The notes: a model not told the origin generated them from the letters alone. Shown: positions 8,982 to 19,559, counted from the first letter of the stretch. The stretch is DNA of 64,000 bases from an uncultured Acidimicrobiales bacterium (GCA_937934655.1 CALGZB010000170.1:56882-120881); one strand, 5' to 3'. Made by a program: numbers and translations.

Positions 8982-9554
8982 CTAGGAAAGTCGTGCGGCG
9001 GTAATGATGGCGGCGATCTCTGCTGACGCCCGCTCGATGTCATCGTTGATGACGGTGCGGTAACCAATTTCGACAGCCTTCTGGCGTTCCAGATGCCCAC
9101 GCTCTAGGCGAGATTCGACCTTTTCGGGCGGATCGCCACGCCCAACAAGTCGGGCGCGCTGCTCGTCGACCGACGGCGTATCGACAAAGATCAGCAGCGG
9201 GTCGTCGTAGCGCTCCGCGATCGCTGCGCCGCCGAAGACGTCGATTTCAAAGACCACGTCTTTTCCGGCTGGCGGGTCAGGCAGCGGGGTGCCTTGGCGA
9301 TAATCGAGGAAATCAACCCACTCGAGAAACCCACCAGCTTCGATATGAGCATCGAATTGCTCGCGGGTTACGAAGTTGTACGCCTCTGGGTCTTCACCGA
9401 CACGAGGAGCACGCGAAGACCAGCTTCGACTGAGCCAAAGTCGGTCATCGGTAGCGCGGAGGTGATCGACAAGGGTCCCCTTGCCAGCACCGCCGGGTCC
9501 CGACACCACGATCAGAAGTCGATCGTGAATCGCTACATCGTTGGTGGGGGTCAC
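8982..9554 (-). CDS. gmk: guanylate kinase
   Basis: 190 aa. P-loop SGPGGAGKGT and the SRSWSSRAPRVGE (S-x-T-T-R-like) GMP-binding segment. Confidence 0.95.
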   Translation of the reverse strand: MTPTNDVAIHDRLLIVVSGPGGAGKGTLVDHLRATDDRLWLSRSWSSRAPRVGEDPEAYNFVTREQFDAHIEAGGFLEWVDFLDYRQGTPLPDPPAGKDVVFEIDVFGGAAIAERYDDPLLIFVDTPSVDEQRARLVGRGDPPEKVESRLERGHLERQKAVEIGYRTVINDDIERASAEIAAIITAARLS

Positions 9555-9613
9555 AAGTTCTCCGCGAAAGAAGGGCCAAATGCAGCCGGGCTAGCGCACG
9601 GCAGGGTTGTAGC

Positions 9614-9934
9614 TTACTGGTCGCCGAAGAGTGCGAGGAGTTTCTCGCGCTGCTGATCGCCAAGACCACGAAGTCGACGTGATTCAGCGATACCGATTTC
9701 TTCCATCGTTCGGCGGGCCTTGACCTTGCCGACGCCGGGAAGAGACTCAAGAACGGCGAGAACCTTGGTTTTCGCAACAACTTCGTCGGTTGCCGACTGC
9801 TCAAGAACCTCGGAGAACGAGATCGAGCCCATCTTGAGGCGCTCTTTCATCTCGGCGCGCGCCCGGCGCACAACTGCGGCCTTTGCGAGCGCTGCTTGTC
9901 GTTGTTCTGGAGTGAGAGTTGGTGGCTTTGCCAT
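9614..9934 (-). CDS. mihF: actinobacterial integration host factor
   Basis: 106 aa. MAKPPTLTPEQRQAALAKAAVVRRARAEMKERLKMGSISFSEVLE... matches the mIHF family and sits in the conserved position upstream of gmk-rpoZ. Confidence 0.9.
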   Translation of the reverse strand: MAKPPTLTPEQRQAALAKAAVVRRARAEMKERLKMGSISFSEVLEQSATDEVVAKTKVLAVLESLPGVGKVKARRTMEEIGIAESRRLRGLGDQQREKLLALFGDQ

Positions 9935-10091
9935 AGAGGCAAATGTATCGGGAAGAAGTCGGCTTCGCTGGTCGCTACCGGCGCTAAGAACGACGTTTAT
10001 TGGCTACAACCGCCAGTGTTCAATAGATGTAACGCAAGCTTTGAACGCCCTACAAAATTGCGCGGAAACATGTCACATCAAACCTTGCCGC

Positions 10092-10128
10092 GGACCTTTC
10101 GAAACCCGAGTGGGTTTTCGAAAGGTCC
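10092..10128 (-). terminator. strong hairpin between pyrF and mihF (probable pyr-operon terminator/insulator)
   Basis: GGACCTTTCGAAACCC-GAGT-GGGTTTTCGAAAGGTCC, about a 16-bp stem with one bulge, 15 nt downstream of the pyrF stop on the minus strand. No U-tract follows. Confidence 0.45.
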
Positions 10129-10142
10129 GACGAGCAAGCGAA

Positions 10143-10841
10143 CTACGAGATCTCGGAGATAAGCCGTTCAGCGGCGGCGACTGGATCATCGGCTTGGGTA
10201 ACCGCCCGGCCGACGACCAAAAGGTCTGATCCGCCGTCGAGGGCATCTTTCGGGGATGCGGCGCGGGCCTGATCATGCACGGGTCCACCCGCAAAGCGAA
10301 TACCTGGGGTGACTCGCTTCAGGCGTGGCGCATAGGCGTAGACGTCTTTGAGGTCACTGACGGCGCAGACGATTCCGGTGCAGCCGGCTTCGACAGCAAG
10401 TCCAACACGCTTTGGAAGGATGTGCTCAGGTGCATCGGCATCAGAGGTGAGCACCGTGATTGCGAGTGAGGTTGGAGCTTCAAGGCCGGCGCTGTCTGCG
10501 CCTTCGTTGAGTCCGGCGACGCCAGCTTCGAGCATCTTCACGCCGCCATGGGCATGGAAGGTGACGTAGGAAACGCCGAGAGCACCAAGTACCCGGGCCG
10601 ACTTCTCAACCGTGGTTGGAATGTCATGAAGTTTGAGGTCGAGGAAGACTTCGTAGCCAAGGCCGATAAGGGTGCCAATGGCGTCGGGACCTGAAGCGGT
10701 GTAGAGCTCGAGGCCGATCTTGGCGACGCCAAAGTACGGGGACATGGCCTTGCCGAGACGAACAGCTGCCACAAGATCATCGACGTCAAAGGCCAGGGCC
10801 AGCTTGCTACGAGCCTCATCAGATACGGGTGTTTCGGCCAT
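10143..10841 (-). CDS. pyrF: orotidine 5'-phosphate decarboxylase
   Basis: ORF track gives 10143-10919. The ATG at 10841 (MAETPVSDEARSKLALAFDVDD...) is preceded by AGGAG and avoids overlap with pyrD. It has the FLDLKLHDIP catalytic motif. Confidence 0.92.
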   Translation of the reverse strand: MAETPVSDEARSKLALAFDVDDLVAAVRLGKAMSPYFGVAKIGLELYTASGPDAIGTLIGLGYEVFLDLKLHDIPTTVEKSARVLGALGVSYVTFHAHGGVKMLEAGVAGLNEGADSAGLEAPTSLAITVLTSDADAPEHILPKRVGLAVEAGCTGIVCAVSDLKDVYAYAPRLKRVTPGIRFAGGPVHDQARAASPKDALDGGSDLLVVGRAVTQADDPVAAAERLISEIS

Positions 10842-10875
10842 GGGACAATCTCCTGGGGTTTTCGGTGGTTCAAGG

Positions 10876-11820
10876 TTAGCGGTGTGCTGCGCCAACGAGT
10901 TCTGCAGTATTTGATACATCGTTCATTCGGCACCAGTCAGCGAGATCGCCTACCAAACGACCAGTTATTCGCGGGTCGGCGAAGGTGGCGGTGCCAACTT
11001 GAATTGCTGAGGCCCCGGCTAGCAGGAACTCAACGATGTCGGACGCTGACGCTACACCTCCGACGCCCACGATTGGCTGATGCGGCAGCGCCTCGTGCAC
11101 ATCGAACACCGCACGGAGCGCAACCGGCTTCATCGCTGGCCCAGAAAGCCCGCCTCGGCCTGCACCGAGAAGCGGCTTCCGGCCATCGATATCGATGGCG
11201 ATCGCTGCGACGGTGTTGGTAAGCGTGAGCGATTCGGCGCCGGCTTCCGCGGCCGCTACAGCGATTGGGACGATGTCGGTGGCATTTGGGCTGAGCTTGG
11301 CCCAGAGCGGCCGCCCAGCGGGCTTGCAGGCGTCCAGAACCTCTGCGGTTGCGGTTGGCGAGTGCGCAAACATCCGCTTCTTGTCCTCGAGGTTCGGGCA
11401 TGAGATGTTGACCTCGACCGCAACGACCTCGGGGGGCGCCGCAGCCATCATCGTGGCCGCACGGGCGTATTCGTCGAGTGTGCGTCCCCAGATACTCGCC
11501 ACCACGTTTGCGCCGGTAGCGATGAGCTTCGGCAGCTCGTCTTCAAGCCACGCCTCGATGCCCGGCCCTTGGAGACCAACGCTGTTAATCATGCCGCCGG
11601 TGGTCTCGTGGACACGTGGCGCCGGGTTCCCACCCCAAGGTTCAGGAGAAAGCGATTTTGTTACAACCGCCGCAATGGTTGAGAGGTCGACGTAGTTCGC
11701 CAACTCCGCCCCGTATCCGGCGGTGCCAGAGGCAGCCATAACCGGATTGGCAAAGGTATGGCCGGCGACGGTGGCGGTGAGGTCGACGGGCCGATCGGGC
11801 TGCTCGTTCTTCGAGCCCAA
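10876..11820 (-). CDS. pyrD: dihydroorotate dehydrogenase, class 1 catalytic subunit
   Basis: NPVMAASGTAGYG and the VNISCPN active-site loop. The ORF-track start at 11916 would overlap carB by 79 nt. The first in-frame canonical start after the carB stop is TTG at 11820, so the start is uncertain. Confidence 0.85.
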   Translation of the reverse strand: MGSKNEQPDRPVDLTATVAGHTFANPVMAASGTAGYGAELANYVDLSTIAAVVTKSLSPEPWGGNPAPRVHETTGGMINSVGLQGPGIEAWLEDELPKLIATGANVVASIWGRTLDEYARAATMMAAAPPEVVAVEVNISCPNLEDKKRMFAHSPTATAEVLDACKPAGRPLWAKLSPNATDIVPIAVAAAEAGAESLTLTNTVAAIAIDIDGRKPLLGAGRGGLSGPAMKPVALRAVFDVHEALPHQPIVGVGGVASASDIVEFLLAGASAIQVGTATFADPRITGRLVGDLADWCRMNDVSNTAELVGAAHR

Positions 11821-11837
11821 GCGTTTGGTGAGGAAAC

Positions 11838-14800
11838 TCAGTGCGCTCCCCCATCGGCTAGTCCAGCAGCGTGGTACTCCTGGATCGAGCGGACTTCGAG
11901 GTCGAGTCGGCGCCAATCAGCCATACCGCGTGCCGCGGCCAAACCGGCTGCGCCGGTGGTGAGCAGTGGCACGTTGGCCCGGCCCGCTGCGGCACGGATA
12001 TGAGCGCCATCGGCTCGCGGGCCTCGGCCCCGTGGGCTATTGATGACCAGCCCAATCTGGCCGGAGTTGATGAGCTCGACCGCATCGGTTCCGTCGCTGC
12101 CGAGTTTGGCCACGATCGATTCGACCGTGATTCCAACCGCTCGCAGCGCCTCGGCGGTGCCCGATGTGGCCGAAATCGTAAATCCGAGATCGACGAGGAT
12201 TCGTGCGGCTTCAACGCCATGGGATTTGTCGCGATCGGCGAGCGATAGAAAGACCATGCCTTCGGTTGGGAGTCCGCCTCCGGCCGAGATCTGACTTTTG
12301 GCGAAGGCCAAGCCGACGGTCCGGTCGATACCCATGACCTCGCCGGTTGAGCGCATCTCCGGGCCGAGCACAGGGTCGGCATCGGGGAAGCGACTGAATG
12401 GAAGCACGGCTTCTTTCACCGACACGTGCATGGCGTCGCAGCGGGGTCGAACCAGACCTTCGGCTTCAAGCATCTCGAGCGATGCCCCAACCATGACCCG
12501 AGAAGCGATCTTGGCGAGCGGTACACCGGTGGCCTTGGCCACAAAGGGGACCGTTCGAGATGCCCGAGGGTTTGCCTCGATGACAAAGACCTGGCTGCCT
12601 TTCACCGCGAACTGCACGTTGATAAGTCCGACCACCTCGAGTTCCTTCGCGATGTGACGGGTGTGATCTTCGATAACACCGATGGTTTCGAGCGTGAGGT
12701 TGGGCGGTGGAATCACGCAGGCACTATCGCCTGAGTGCACTCCGGCTTCCTCGACATGTTCCATGACCGCACCGATAAGCACCTGCCCGTCGGTATCGCG
12801 GATGGCGTCGATATCGACTTCGGTTGCGTCTTCGAGGAACCGGTCGATGAGCACGGGGCGTTCCGCCGAGAGTCCACCTTCGATACCGAGCGATCCAAAG
12901 CCAGCGAGTTCGGCCATCGCAGAAGCGAGGTGGTCATCGTCGTAGACGATCTCCATCCCTCGACCACCAAGTACATACGACGGCCGAACGAGGGCCGGGT
13001 AACCAATGCGATTAGTGATGGCGAGTGCGCCTTCGAGATCGGCCGCAGTACCACCGGCCGGCTGAGGGATCTCGAGGCGGGCGCACAGCGAGTTCCAGTT
13101 CTCGCGATCTTCGGCAAGGTCGATCGACGCTGGGCTGGTACCAAGGATCAACTCTGGCGGAAGCATCGATGCCAGCTTCAACGGGGTCTGACCTCCGAGC
13201 GACACCACGATTCCCATCGGCTGTTCGGCGTCGATGATGTTGCTGACGTCTTCAAAGGTCAACGGTTCGAAGTACAACCGGTCGCTGGTGTCGTAGTCGG
13301 TCGACACGGTCTCAGGGTTGCAGTTGACCATGATGGTCTCGTAGCCGGCGGCCCGAAGAGCGAAGCTGGCGTGCACACAGCAGTAGTCGAACTCGATGCC
13401 CTGGCCAATGCGATTGGGGCCCGAGCCGAGGATCATGACTTTGGGCTTCGTGCTTGGACGAACTTCGTCCTCGACCTCATAGGTGCTGTAGTGATACGGC
13501 GTATCGGCATCGAACTCGGCCGCGCAGGTATCGACGGTCTTATAGGTGGGGACGACGCCGGCGGCCTTGCGGGCGGCCCGAACCTCAAGCTCATCGATAC
13601 CCCAGAGGTACGCGAGCTGGGCATCGGCAAAGCCGAGTTGTTTCGCTCGACGCCACTCGCGAACCGACATGGTGTCGATGGTCTTGCTTGCGAGGTATTC
13701 ACGTTCCTCGGTGATCATCGACATCTGATCGAGGAACCACGGATCGACCATCGTCGCGGCGTGCACGTCGTCGACACTGACACCCCGACGAAGCAGCGCT
13801 TCGAGCTGGAAGATGCGTTCGGGGGTTGGGATATCGGCAATTCGAAGCAACTCGGCGTCGTCGATCTCATCGATCGCCTTTTCAGCCGGGTCGCAGTTGA
13901 GGCCGTTGCGGCCGAGTTCAAGCGAGCGTAAGGCTTTCTGCAGTGACTCAGGGAAGGTACGGCCGATAGCCATGACTTCCCCAACCGCCTGCATCTGGGT
14001 TCCGAGGACTCCGGAGGTACCCGGGAACTTCTCGAAGGCCCACCGCGGAATCTTGGTGACGACGTAGTCGAGTGCGGGCTCAAACGACGCCGGAGTGGCC
14101 TTGGTGATGTCGTTCGGGATCTCGTCGAGGGTGTAGCCGACGGCGAGCTTGGCGGCGATCTTGGCGATCGGGAAGCCGGTGGCTTTCGATGCGAGCGCCG
14201 AGGACCTCGAAACCCGTGGGTTCATCTCGATGACGACAACGTCGCCGTTTGCTGGGTTCACCGCAAACTGCACGTTCGAGCCGCCGGTTTCCACGCCGAC
14301 TCGACGGATGACGGCAAGCGAAGCGTCGCGCATGAACTGGTATTCAACATCGCTCAGCGTTTGGGCTGGGGCAACCGTGATGGAGTCGCCGGTGTGAACG
14401 CCCATGGGGTCGAAGTTCTCGATGGCACAGATGATCACGCAGTTATCGGCGTTATCGCGCATGACCTCGGTCTCGTACTCTTTCCAGCCACGGATCGACT
14501 GCTCGACCAGAATTTCGTGGATGGGACTCGCATCGAGCCCGCGGCGGGCCATGATCTCAAACTCTTCACGCGTATTGGCGAAGCCGGTGCCCTTTCCGCC
14601 GAGGATGTACGACGGCCGGATGACGATGGGCAGGCCGATCTTCTCCATGCATTCGCGCGCTTCGATCATGCCGTTTTCGACCGCTTCGCTGCGGGTGGGT
14701 CCTTCGCCCCGGGCGATGAGTGACTTGGGAACCTCGAGACCGATTTCGGCCATCGCGACTTTAAACTGCTCGCGGTCCTCAGCCGTGGCGATTGCTTCAG

Positions 14801-15158
14801 GACTGGCACCGATCAGCTGGGTGTTATTTGCTTCGAGCACGCCAGCTTCGGCGAGTTCCATCGCCAGGTTCAGTGCGGTTTGGCCGCCCATTGTGGGCAG
14901 CACTGCGTCGGGCTTTTCCCGTTCGATAATCTTGGTGAGAACTTCGAGGTCGAGCGGCTCGATGTAGGTGGCGTCAGCAAACTCTGGATCGGTCATGATC
15001 GTGGCTGGGTTCGAGTTAGCGAGAATGACGCGGAAGCCTTCTTCACGCAGCACACGGCACGCCTGGGTACCGGAGTAATCGAACTCACATGCCTGGCCGA
15101 TAATGATCGGGCCGGATCCGATGATGAGGATCGATTCGATGTCGGTTCTGCGAGGCAT
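11838..15158 (-). CDS. carB: carbamoyl-phosphate synthase large subunit
   Basis: 1106 aa. Duplicated ATP-grasp halves and an MGS-like C-terminal domain. N-terminus [30 protein letters not shown]. Confidence 0.98.
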   Translation of the reverse strand: MPRRTDIESILIIGSGPIIIGQACEFDYSGTQACRVLREEGFRVILANSNPATIMTDPEFADATYIEPLDLEVLTKIIEREKPDAVLPTMGGQTALNLAMELAEAGVLEANNTQLIGASPEAIATAEDREQFKVAMAEIGLEVPKSLIARGEGPTRSEAVENGMIEARECMEKIGLPIVIRPSYILGGKGTGFANTREEFEIMARRGLDASPIHEILVEQSIRGWKEYETEVMRDNADNCVIICAIENFDPMGVHTGDSITVAPAQTLSDVEYQFMRDASLAVIRRVGVETGGSNVQFAVNPANGDVVVIEMNPRVSRSSALASKATGFPIAKIAAKLAVGYTLDEIPNDITKATPASFEPALDYVVTKIPRWAFEKFPGTSGVLGTQMQAVGEVMAIGRTFPESLQKALRSLELGRNGLNCDPAEKAIDEIDDAELLRIADIPTPERIFQLEALLRRGVSVDDVHAATMVDPWFLDQMSMITEEREYLASKTIDTMSVREWRRAKQLGFADAQLAYLWGIDELEVRAARKAAGVVPTYKTVDTCAAEFDADTPYHYSTYEVEDEVRPSTKPKVMILGSGPNRIGQGIEFDYCCVHASFALRAAGYETIMVNCNPETVSTDYDTSDRLYFEPLTFEDVSNIIDAEQPMGIVVSLGGQTPLKLASMLPPELILGTSPASIDLAEDRENWNSLCARLEIPQPAGGTAADLEGALAITNRIGYPALVRPSYVLGGRGMEIVYDDDHLASAMAELAGFGSLGIEGGLSAERPVLIDRFLEDATEVDIDAIRDTDGQVLIGAVMEHVEEAGVHSGDSACVIPPPNLTLETIGVIEDHTRHIAKELEVVGLINVQFAVKGSQVFVIEANPRASRTVPFVAKATGVPLAKIASRVMVGASLEMLEAEGLVRPRCDAMHVSVKEAVLPFSRFPDADPVLGPEMRSTGEVMGIDRTVGLAFAKSQISAGGGLPTEGMVFLSLADRDKSHGVEAARILVDLGFTISATSGTAEALRAVGITVESIVAKLGSDGTDAVELINSGQIGLVINSPRGRGPRADGAHIRAAAGRANVPLLTTGAAGLAAARGMADWRRLDLEVRSIQEYHAAGLADGGAH

Positions 15159-16267
15159 TACTTGTGTCCCAACTTGTATTCATCCATGAGTTCGGCGAAG
15201 TCGCCGAACAGGTAGTTCGAGTCGTGGGGGCCGGGGCTGGCCTCAGGGTGATACTGCACACTGAAGGCTGGCACTTCGGTACTTCGGATTCCTTCGACGG
15301 TTTCGTCGTTGAGGTTGACGTGTGTGAGTTCGACACCCTGCATACCGCTGCAATCAACGCAGTAGTTATGATTTTGGCTTGTGATTTCGATCTTGCCGCT
15401 ACTGATTTGGCGAACCGGGTGGTTCCCACCGTGGTGGCCAAACGGAAGCTTGAAGGTCGAACCGCCAAGTGCGAGTGAAAGCAGCTGGTGGCCGAGGCAG
15501 ATACCAAAGATCGGCACCTCGCCGAGAAGGTCCTGGATGGCCTTCACCGCATAGTCGACGGGTTCGGGGTCGCCAGGTCCGTTCGAGAGAAACACACCGT
15601 CAGGCTTTCGAGCGAGCACATCGCTCGCCGACGTGGACGCCGGAACAACCTCGACCGAGCCGAGATGTGCCAGGCTCCGGACGATATTGGTTTTGATGCC
15701 GAAGTCGTAGGCGACGATGGAGCGTGGCGCAGCTGCGCCGCCGGAGAACCCGAAAGAGTACGGGTCGGCGCAGGTGACGGTCTTGACCAGGTCCATGCCC
15801 GAGGTGTTCGGTTCGGCTTGGGCTGCTGCTTTCAACGTTGCGACATCGGCGGTACCGAAGGCGCCTGGCATTGCGCCCGCTTCGCGAATGTGGCGGGTGA
15901 GCATGCGGGTGTCGAGGCCAGCGATTCCGGGGATGGAGTGTTTCGTCAGCAGCGAGTTGAGATCGTTCGTCGACCGCCAGTTGCTATGACGCCGAGCAAG
16001 GTCTCGCACAATGATGCCGCTACAGAACGTGCCGCGACTCTCATTATCGAGGTCGACGACTCCGTAGTTGCCGATATGAGGATACGTAAAAGTGATGATC
16101 TGTCCGGCGTAGCTCGGGTCGGTGATGACCTCTTGATAGCCAGCCATCACCGTGTTGAAAACAACCTCACCGGTAGCGACGCCGGACTCGGGGTACACGC
16201 CGATGGCTTCGCCGTCGAAGACGGTGCCGTCGGCGAGGACGAGTTTCGCTTCTCGAATTTCACTCAT
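15158..16267 (-). CDS. carA: carbamoyl-phosphate synthase small (glutaminase) subunit
   Basis: 369 aa. Triad-type amidotransferase (GICLGHQLL, ...HPE). TAATG overlap with carB. Confidence 0.97.
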   Translation of the reverse strand: MSEIREAKLVLADGTVFDGEAIGVYPESGVATGEVVFNTVMAGYQEVITDPSYAGQIITFTYPHIGNYGVVDLDNESRGTFCSGIIVRDLARRHSNWRSTNDLNSLLTKHSIPGIAGLDTRMLTRHIREAGAMPGAFGTADVATLKAAAQAEPNTSGMDLVKTVTCADPYSFGFSGGAAAPRSIVAYDFGIKTNIVRSLAHLGSVEVVPASTSASDVLARKPDGVFLSNGPGDPEPVDYAVKAIQDLLGEVPIFGICLGHQLLSLALGGSTFKLPFGHHGGNHPVRQISSGKIEITSQNHNYCVDCSGMQGVELTHVNLNDETVEGIRSTEVPAFSVQYHPEASPGPHDSNYLFGDFAELMDEYKLGHK

Positions 16268-17583
16268 CGCATTGCTTCCTGATCGATGACGACGGCTTCG
16301 CCGGCAACAATGGTGTGACGCACTTTTCCTCGCACTTCATGGCCTTCATAGGGACAGTTGCTGCTCTTGCTGGCAAACGATGAACCGACGATGGTCCATG
16401 CTTCATTCGGGTCGAACACCGTGATGTTGGCGGGTCGGCCAGCTTCGATTGGGCCGCCGTGGATGTCGTCGATTCCGGCGATCTTCGCAGGTTGCCACGA
16501 CATCAGTCCAACGACTTTCTCGACCGGCAGTTCGAGCTCTGTGAGCGCCAAAGCGAGCGCAGTTTCGAGCCCGATCATCCCTGGAGGCGCCGCATCGAAG
16601 GGCTGCTCTTTGTCGTGTGCGCAATGCGGGGCGTGGTCGGTGGCGATGGCATCGATGGTGCCGTCGAGCAACCCGGCCTTCACGGCCGCAACGTCGCTGT
16701 CGGAGCGCAACGGTGGATGAACCTTAAACACGGTGTCGAACGACGCACAGGCGGCATCGGTAAGCGTGAAGTGGTGGGTAGTGGCCTCGGCGGTAACGGG
16801 GAGACCCTCGGCCTTTGCTGCTCGAACAAGGGCAACCGCTCCGGCGGTGGAGAGGTGCTGGAAGTGCACCCGGGCACCAGTCGAGCGGGAGAGTGCGATG
16901 TCTCGCATCACCATGAGGTCTTCTGCCTCAGATGGTTGGCCTGGGATGCCGAGACGGCTCGACCATTCTCCCTCGTGCATGAACGTTCCGGCCGACAATG
17001 AGTCGACTTCGCAGTGCTGCGCCAACGCCACCGAGGCTCCACCGGTGAACGGTGCTAGTCCGACTGAGTACTCAAGCGCCCGCTTCATCAGCAGGTCGTC
17101 CTGCACCCCCGTGCCGTCATCGGTGAAGATACGAACACCGAGTTCGGCGAGCTCGGCCATGGGTGCGAGTTCGGCGCCGGCCCGGCCAATCGTGATAGCG
17201 GCCGACGGAATGATGTCGGTGAGCGCGGTCTTTCCGAGTTCGATGACGTCGCGGACCACGCCAACAGAATCCATTGGCGGCGTGGTGTTCGGCATCGCGA
17301 CGAGGGCGGTGAAACCGCCAAGCGCTCCGCCTCGAGAACCGGTCTCGATGGTCTCGGCCTCTTCCTTGCCTGGCTCACGAAGATGGGTGTGGAGATCGAC
17401 AAAGCCTGGCGACACGATGCAGTCGCCGGCATCGATGACGCGATCGCCGCTCAGACCATCGCCCACGGCTTCGATGTTTCCATCGGTTCCGACGAGCACA
17501 TCGGCTCGTCGAGATCCTGATGCATCGACGACGGTACCGCCGCGTAGAAGGGTGGTTTCACTCACAGAACTCACAGAACTCAC
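16264..17583 (-). CDS. pyrC: dihydroorotase
   Basis: 439 aa. Amidohydrolase HxH motif (VDLHTHLREPG) and ATDHAPH. 4-nt overlaps with pyrB and carA. Confidence 0.95.
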   Translation of the reverse strand: MSSVSSVSETTLLRGGTVVDASGSRRADVLVGTDGNIEAVGDGLSGDRVIDAGDCIVSPGFVDLHTHLREPGKEEAETIETGSRGGALGGFTALVAMPNTTPPMDSVGVVRDVIELGKTALTDIIPSAAITIGRAGAELAPMAELAELGVRIFTDDGTGVQDDLLMKRALEYSVGLAPFTGGASVALAQHCEVDSLSAGTFMHEGEWSSRLGIPGQPSEAEDLMVMRDIALSRSTGARVHFQHLSTAGAVALVRAAKAEGLPVTAEATTHHFTLTDAACASFDTVFKVHPPLRSDSDVAAVKAGLLDGTIDAIATDHAPHCAHDKEQPFDAAPPGMIGLETALALALTELELPVEKVVGLMSWQPAKIAGIDDIHGGPIEAGRPANITVFDPNEAWTIVGSSFASKSSNCPYEGHEVRGKVRHTIVAGEAVVIDQEAMR

Positions 17584-18557
17584 AGGATTCCTTCGTTTGG
17601 ACCTTGATCATTTGGGCGTGGGGCATTTGGGTGGCTATCGGAGCCGTTGTTTCCCAGCAGGAGAAACAGCACGGCCATTCGGACCGAGACGCCGTTTGCG
17701 ACCTGCTGAGTAACTGCCGAACGGGGATCGTCGGCAGCCTTTTGTGAAATTTCGACGCCTCGGTTCATGGGGCCGGGGTGCATAATGAGCGTGTTGGCAC
17801 CGAGGTGTTCAAGGCGTTCATCGGTGAGTCCGTAGCCAGCCGTGTATTCACGGAGCGAGGGCACCAGTGCTTCTTGCTGCCGTTCCAGTTGCATCCGGAG
17901 CAAGTACACCGCATCAACGGTTGGAAGAACTGCATCAAGGTCATGCGACACCTTGCAGTTCCAGCCTTCGAGGCTCGGCGGCATGAGTGTTTGGGGGGCA
18001 ACGATGGTCACCTCGGCACCAAGCGCCGTGAACGCTGCGATATCAGATCGGGCTACGCGACTGTGTTTGATGTCGCCGACGATCGCAATATGTCGACCAT
18101 CGAGGGACCCGAACTTCTGGGTGAGTGTGTAGCAGTCGAGAAGCGCTTGAGTGGGGTGTTGGTGCCAGCCGTCGCCGGCGTTGATGATCGAGGCATCGAT
18201 CCACTTCGCGATCTGCCAAGGTACGCCCGCCGACTTATGCCGAACGACGATGGCGTCGACGCCCATCGCGCTGATGGTGAGGCAGGTATCGCGCAACGAC
18301 TCGCCTTTGTTGACTGACGACGACGAGACGCTGAAGTTCATCGTGTCGGCCGAGAGTCGTTTGGCGGCCGTCTCAAACGAAAGTCTGGTGCGGGTGGAGT
18401 CCTCATAGAACAACCATGCGATGTTCTTGCCGCGAAGCGCAGGAACCTTTGGGATCGGCCGGGCGCTTACCTCGGCGAATGAATCCGTAAGACGAAGGAT
18501 CTCCTCGATCCAATCACGTCCTAAGTCGTCGATGGAGAGAAGGTGCTTCGGACTCAC
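17580..18557 (-). CDS. pyrB: aspartate carbamoyltransferase catalytic subunit
   Basis: 325 aa. EDSTRTRLSFE, HQHPTQALLD and HPGPMNRGVEI motifs. Confidence 0.97.
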   Translation of the reverse strand: MSPKHLLSIDDLGRDWIEEILRLTDSFAEVSARPIPKVPALRGKNIAWLFYEDSTRTRLSFETAAKRLSADTMNFSVSSSSVNKGESLRDTCLTISAMGVDAIVVRHKSAGVPWQIAKWIDASIINAGDGWHQHPTQALLDCYTLTQKFGSLDGRHIAIVGDIKHSRVARSDIAAFTALGAEVTIVAPQTLMPPSLEGWNCKVSHDLDAVLPTVDAVYLLRMQLERQQEALVPSLREYTAGYGLTDERLEHLGANTLIMHPGPMNRGVEISQKAADDPRSAVTQQVANGVSVRMAVLFLLLGNNGSDSHPNAPRPNDQGPNEGIL

Positions 18558-19120
18558 TTGCGCATCTCCCCCAGTTGCACGCCATCGAGCGTGACGTCGA
18601 CTACCTCATCTCGGCGAGTCGGGATGTTTTTGCCCACGTAGTCGGGGCGAATCGGCAACTCTCGGTGGCCGCGGTCGACCATGACGGCCAACTGCACGGA
18701 CCGGGGCCGCCCAAACGTGGTGAGCGCATCGAGTGCTGCCCGTATCGTGCGCCCAGTAAACAACACGTCGTCGATGAGCACGACAACCTTGTTGAGCAGG
18801 TCACACGGTATTGACGTGACCTCTTCAGGCATGACGGGCCGGATCCCGATGTCGTCGCGATGAAGTGCAACATCGATCGTGCCGAACGGGACATCTCGGC
18901 CGGTGATTTCGACCATTGCTTCGCCGATTCGTTCGGCGAGCGGAACACCACCGGTTTGCAGCCCTACGACAACCACATTATCGACGCCGTGGTTGTGCTC
19001 GATGATCTCGTGAGACATACGCCAGATAGCCCGGTCGATGTCGTCGGCCGACATCACCGAAGTCCGGGCAACAAAAACGCCCCCGAAAGGGCGCGTCATC
19101 TTCCGTTCGCGTTCAGCCAC
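18554..19120 (-). CDS. pyrR: bifunctional pyrimidine operon regulator / uracil phosphoribosyltransferase
   Basis: 188 aa. PRPP-binding loop VVVLIDDVLFTGRTIRAA. First gene of the pyr operon; GTG start preceded by GGCAGGAG. Confidence 0.95.
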   Translation of the reverse strand: MAERERKMTRPFGGVFVARTSVMSADDIDRAIWRMSHEIIEHNHGVDNVVVVGLQTGGVPLAERIGEAMVEITGRDVPFGTIDVALHRDDIGIRPVMPEEVTSIPCDLLNKVVVLIDDVLFTGRTIRAALDALTTFGRPRSVQLAVMVDRGHRELPIRPDYVGKNIPTRRDEVVDVTLDGVQLGEMRK

Positions 19121-19135
19121 AGCTACTCCTGCCGT

Positions 19136-19155
19136 GTGAGCCTCACGGGACTCAC
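19136..19155 (-). promoter_or_regulatory. candidate PyrR-binding hairpin abutting the pyrR Shine-Dalgarno
   Basis: The minus-strand RNA is GUGAG-U-CC-CGUGA-GG-CUCAC. It has the same G-U-CC-(5-nt loop)-GG-C-U architecture as the PyrR box consensus GUCCAGAGAGGCU, with 3/5 loop positions matching. It ends 1 nt upstream of the SD (19127-19134). Confidence 0.4.
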
Positions 19156-19233
19156 TTCACGGTCAGAAGACGACGATAACGCGGACCACATTCACGCGCG
19201 CTGACGGGCGAGCACTTCCTCGAAATTTCGCGC

Positions 19234-19254
19234 GTCCCTCGCTGGAGGATCCCC
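19234..19254 (-). promoter_or_regulatory. second candidate PyrR box, distal
   Basis: The minus-strand RNA GGGGAUCCUCCAGCGAGGGAC contains UCCAGCGAGG, one mismatch from the consensus UCCAGAGAGG. It lies about 115 nt upstream of the pyrR start. Confidence 0.4.
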
Positions 19255-19280
19255 GTTTTGGAAACCGGTAATGAGGACTT

Positions 19281-19499
19281 CTAGGAGACGCTGTCGTCGG
19301 TGAGATCGAGCACGTTCGACTCCTCAACCGCCAACTCAAGATCGATGACCGCCAACTGCGCATCGTCCGGTGAATCAAAGTCGGCGATCCACAGATCGTC
19401 TTCGAAGAGTTGCCAAACGGTCTCGTTCGGCAACCCGTAGGACCCGTCTGGTTTCCAGCCGGGTTCTTTGTGGTTGGTCTCTTTAATCTTGAAGGCCAC
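19281..19499 (-). CDS. small acidic hypothetical protein (72 aa)
   Basis: GTG start. MAFKIKETNHKEPGWKPDGSYGLPNETVWQLFEDDLWIADFDSPDDAQLAVIDLELAVEESNVLDLTDDSVS. Coding-like third-position GC, weak SD (AAGAG), no recognisable domain. Confidence 0.45.
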   Translation of the reverse strand: MAFKIKETNHKEPGWKPDGSYGLPNETVWQLFEDDLWIADFDSPDDAQLAVIDLELAVEESNVLDLTDDSVS

Positions 19500-19559
19500 A
19501 CTCTTACGCTATCCACGAAACAGCACGAGCAACACCAACAACACACAAGCAACGCAGGA

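Noticed and set aside
12735-13931. Long antisense or out-of-frame ORFs opposite real genes (also 456-1697 -, 15488-16282 +, 24967-26304 +, 39483-40202 -, 43745-44446 +, 63122-63733 +)
   Set aside because: These are typical high-GC shadow ORFs. Each lies fully within a strongly supported conserved gene on the other strand, and their translations are low-complexity and Arg/Gly/Val-rich.
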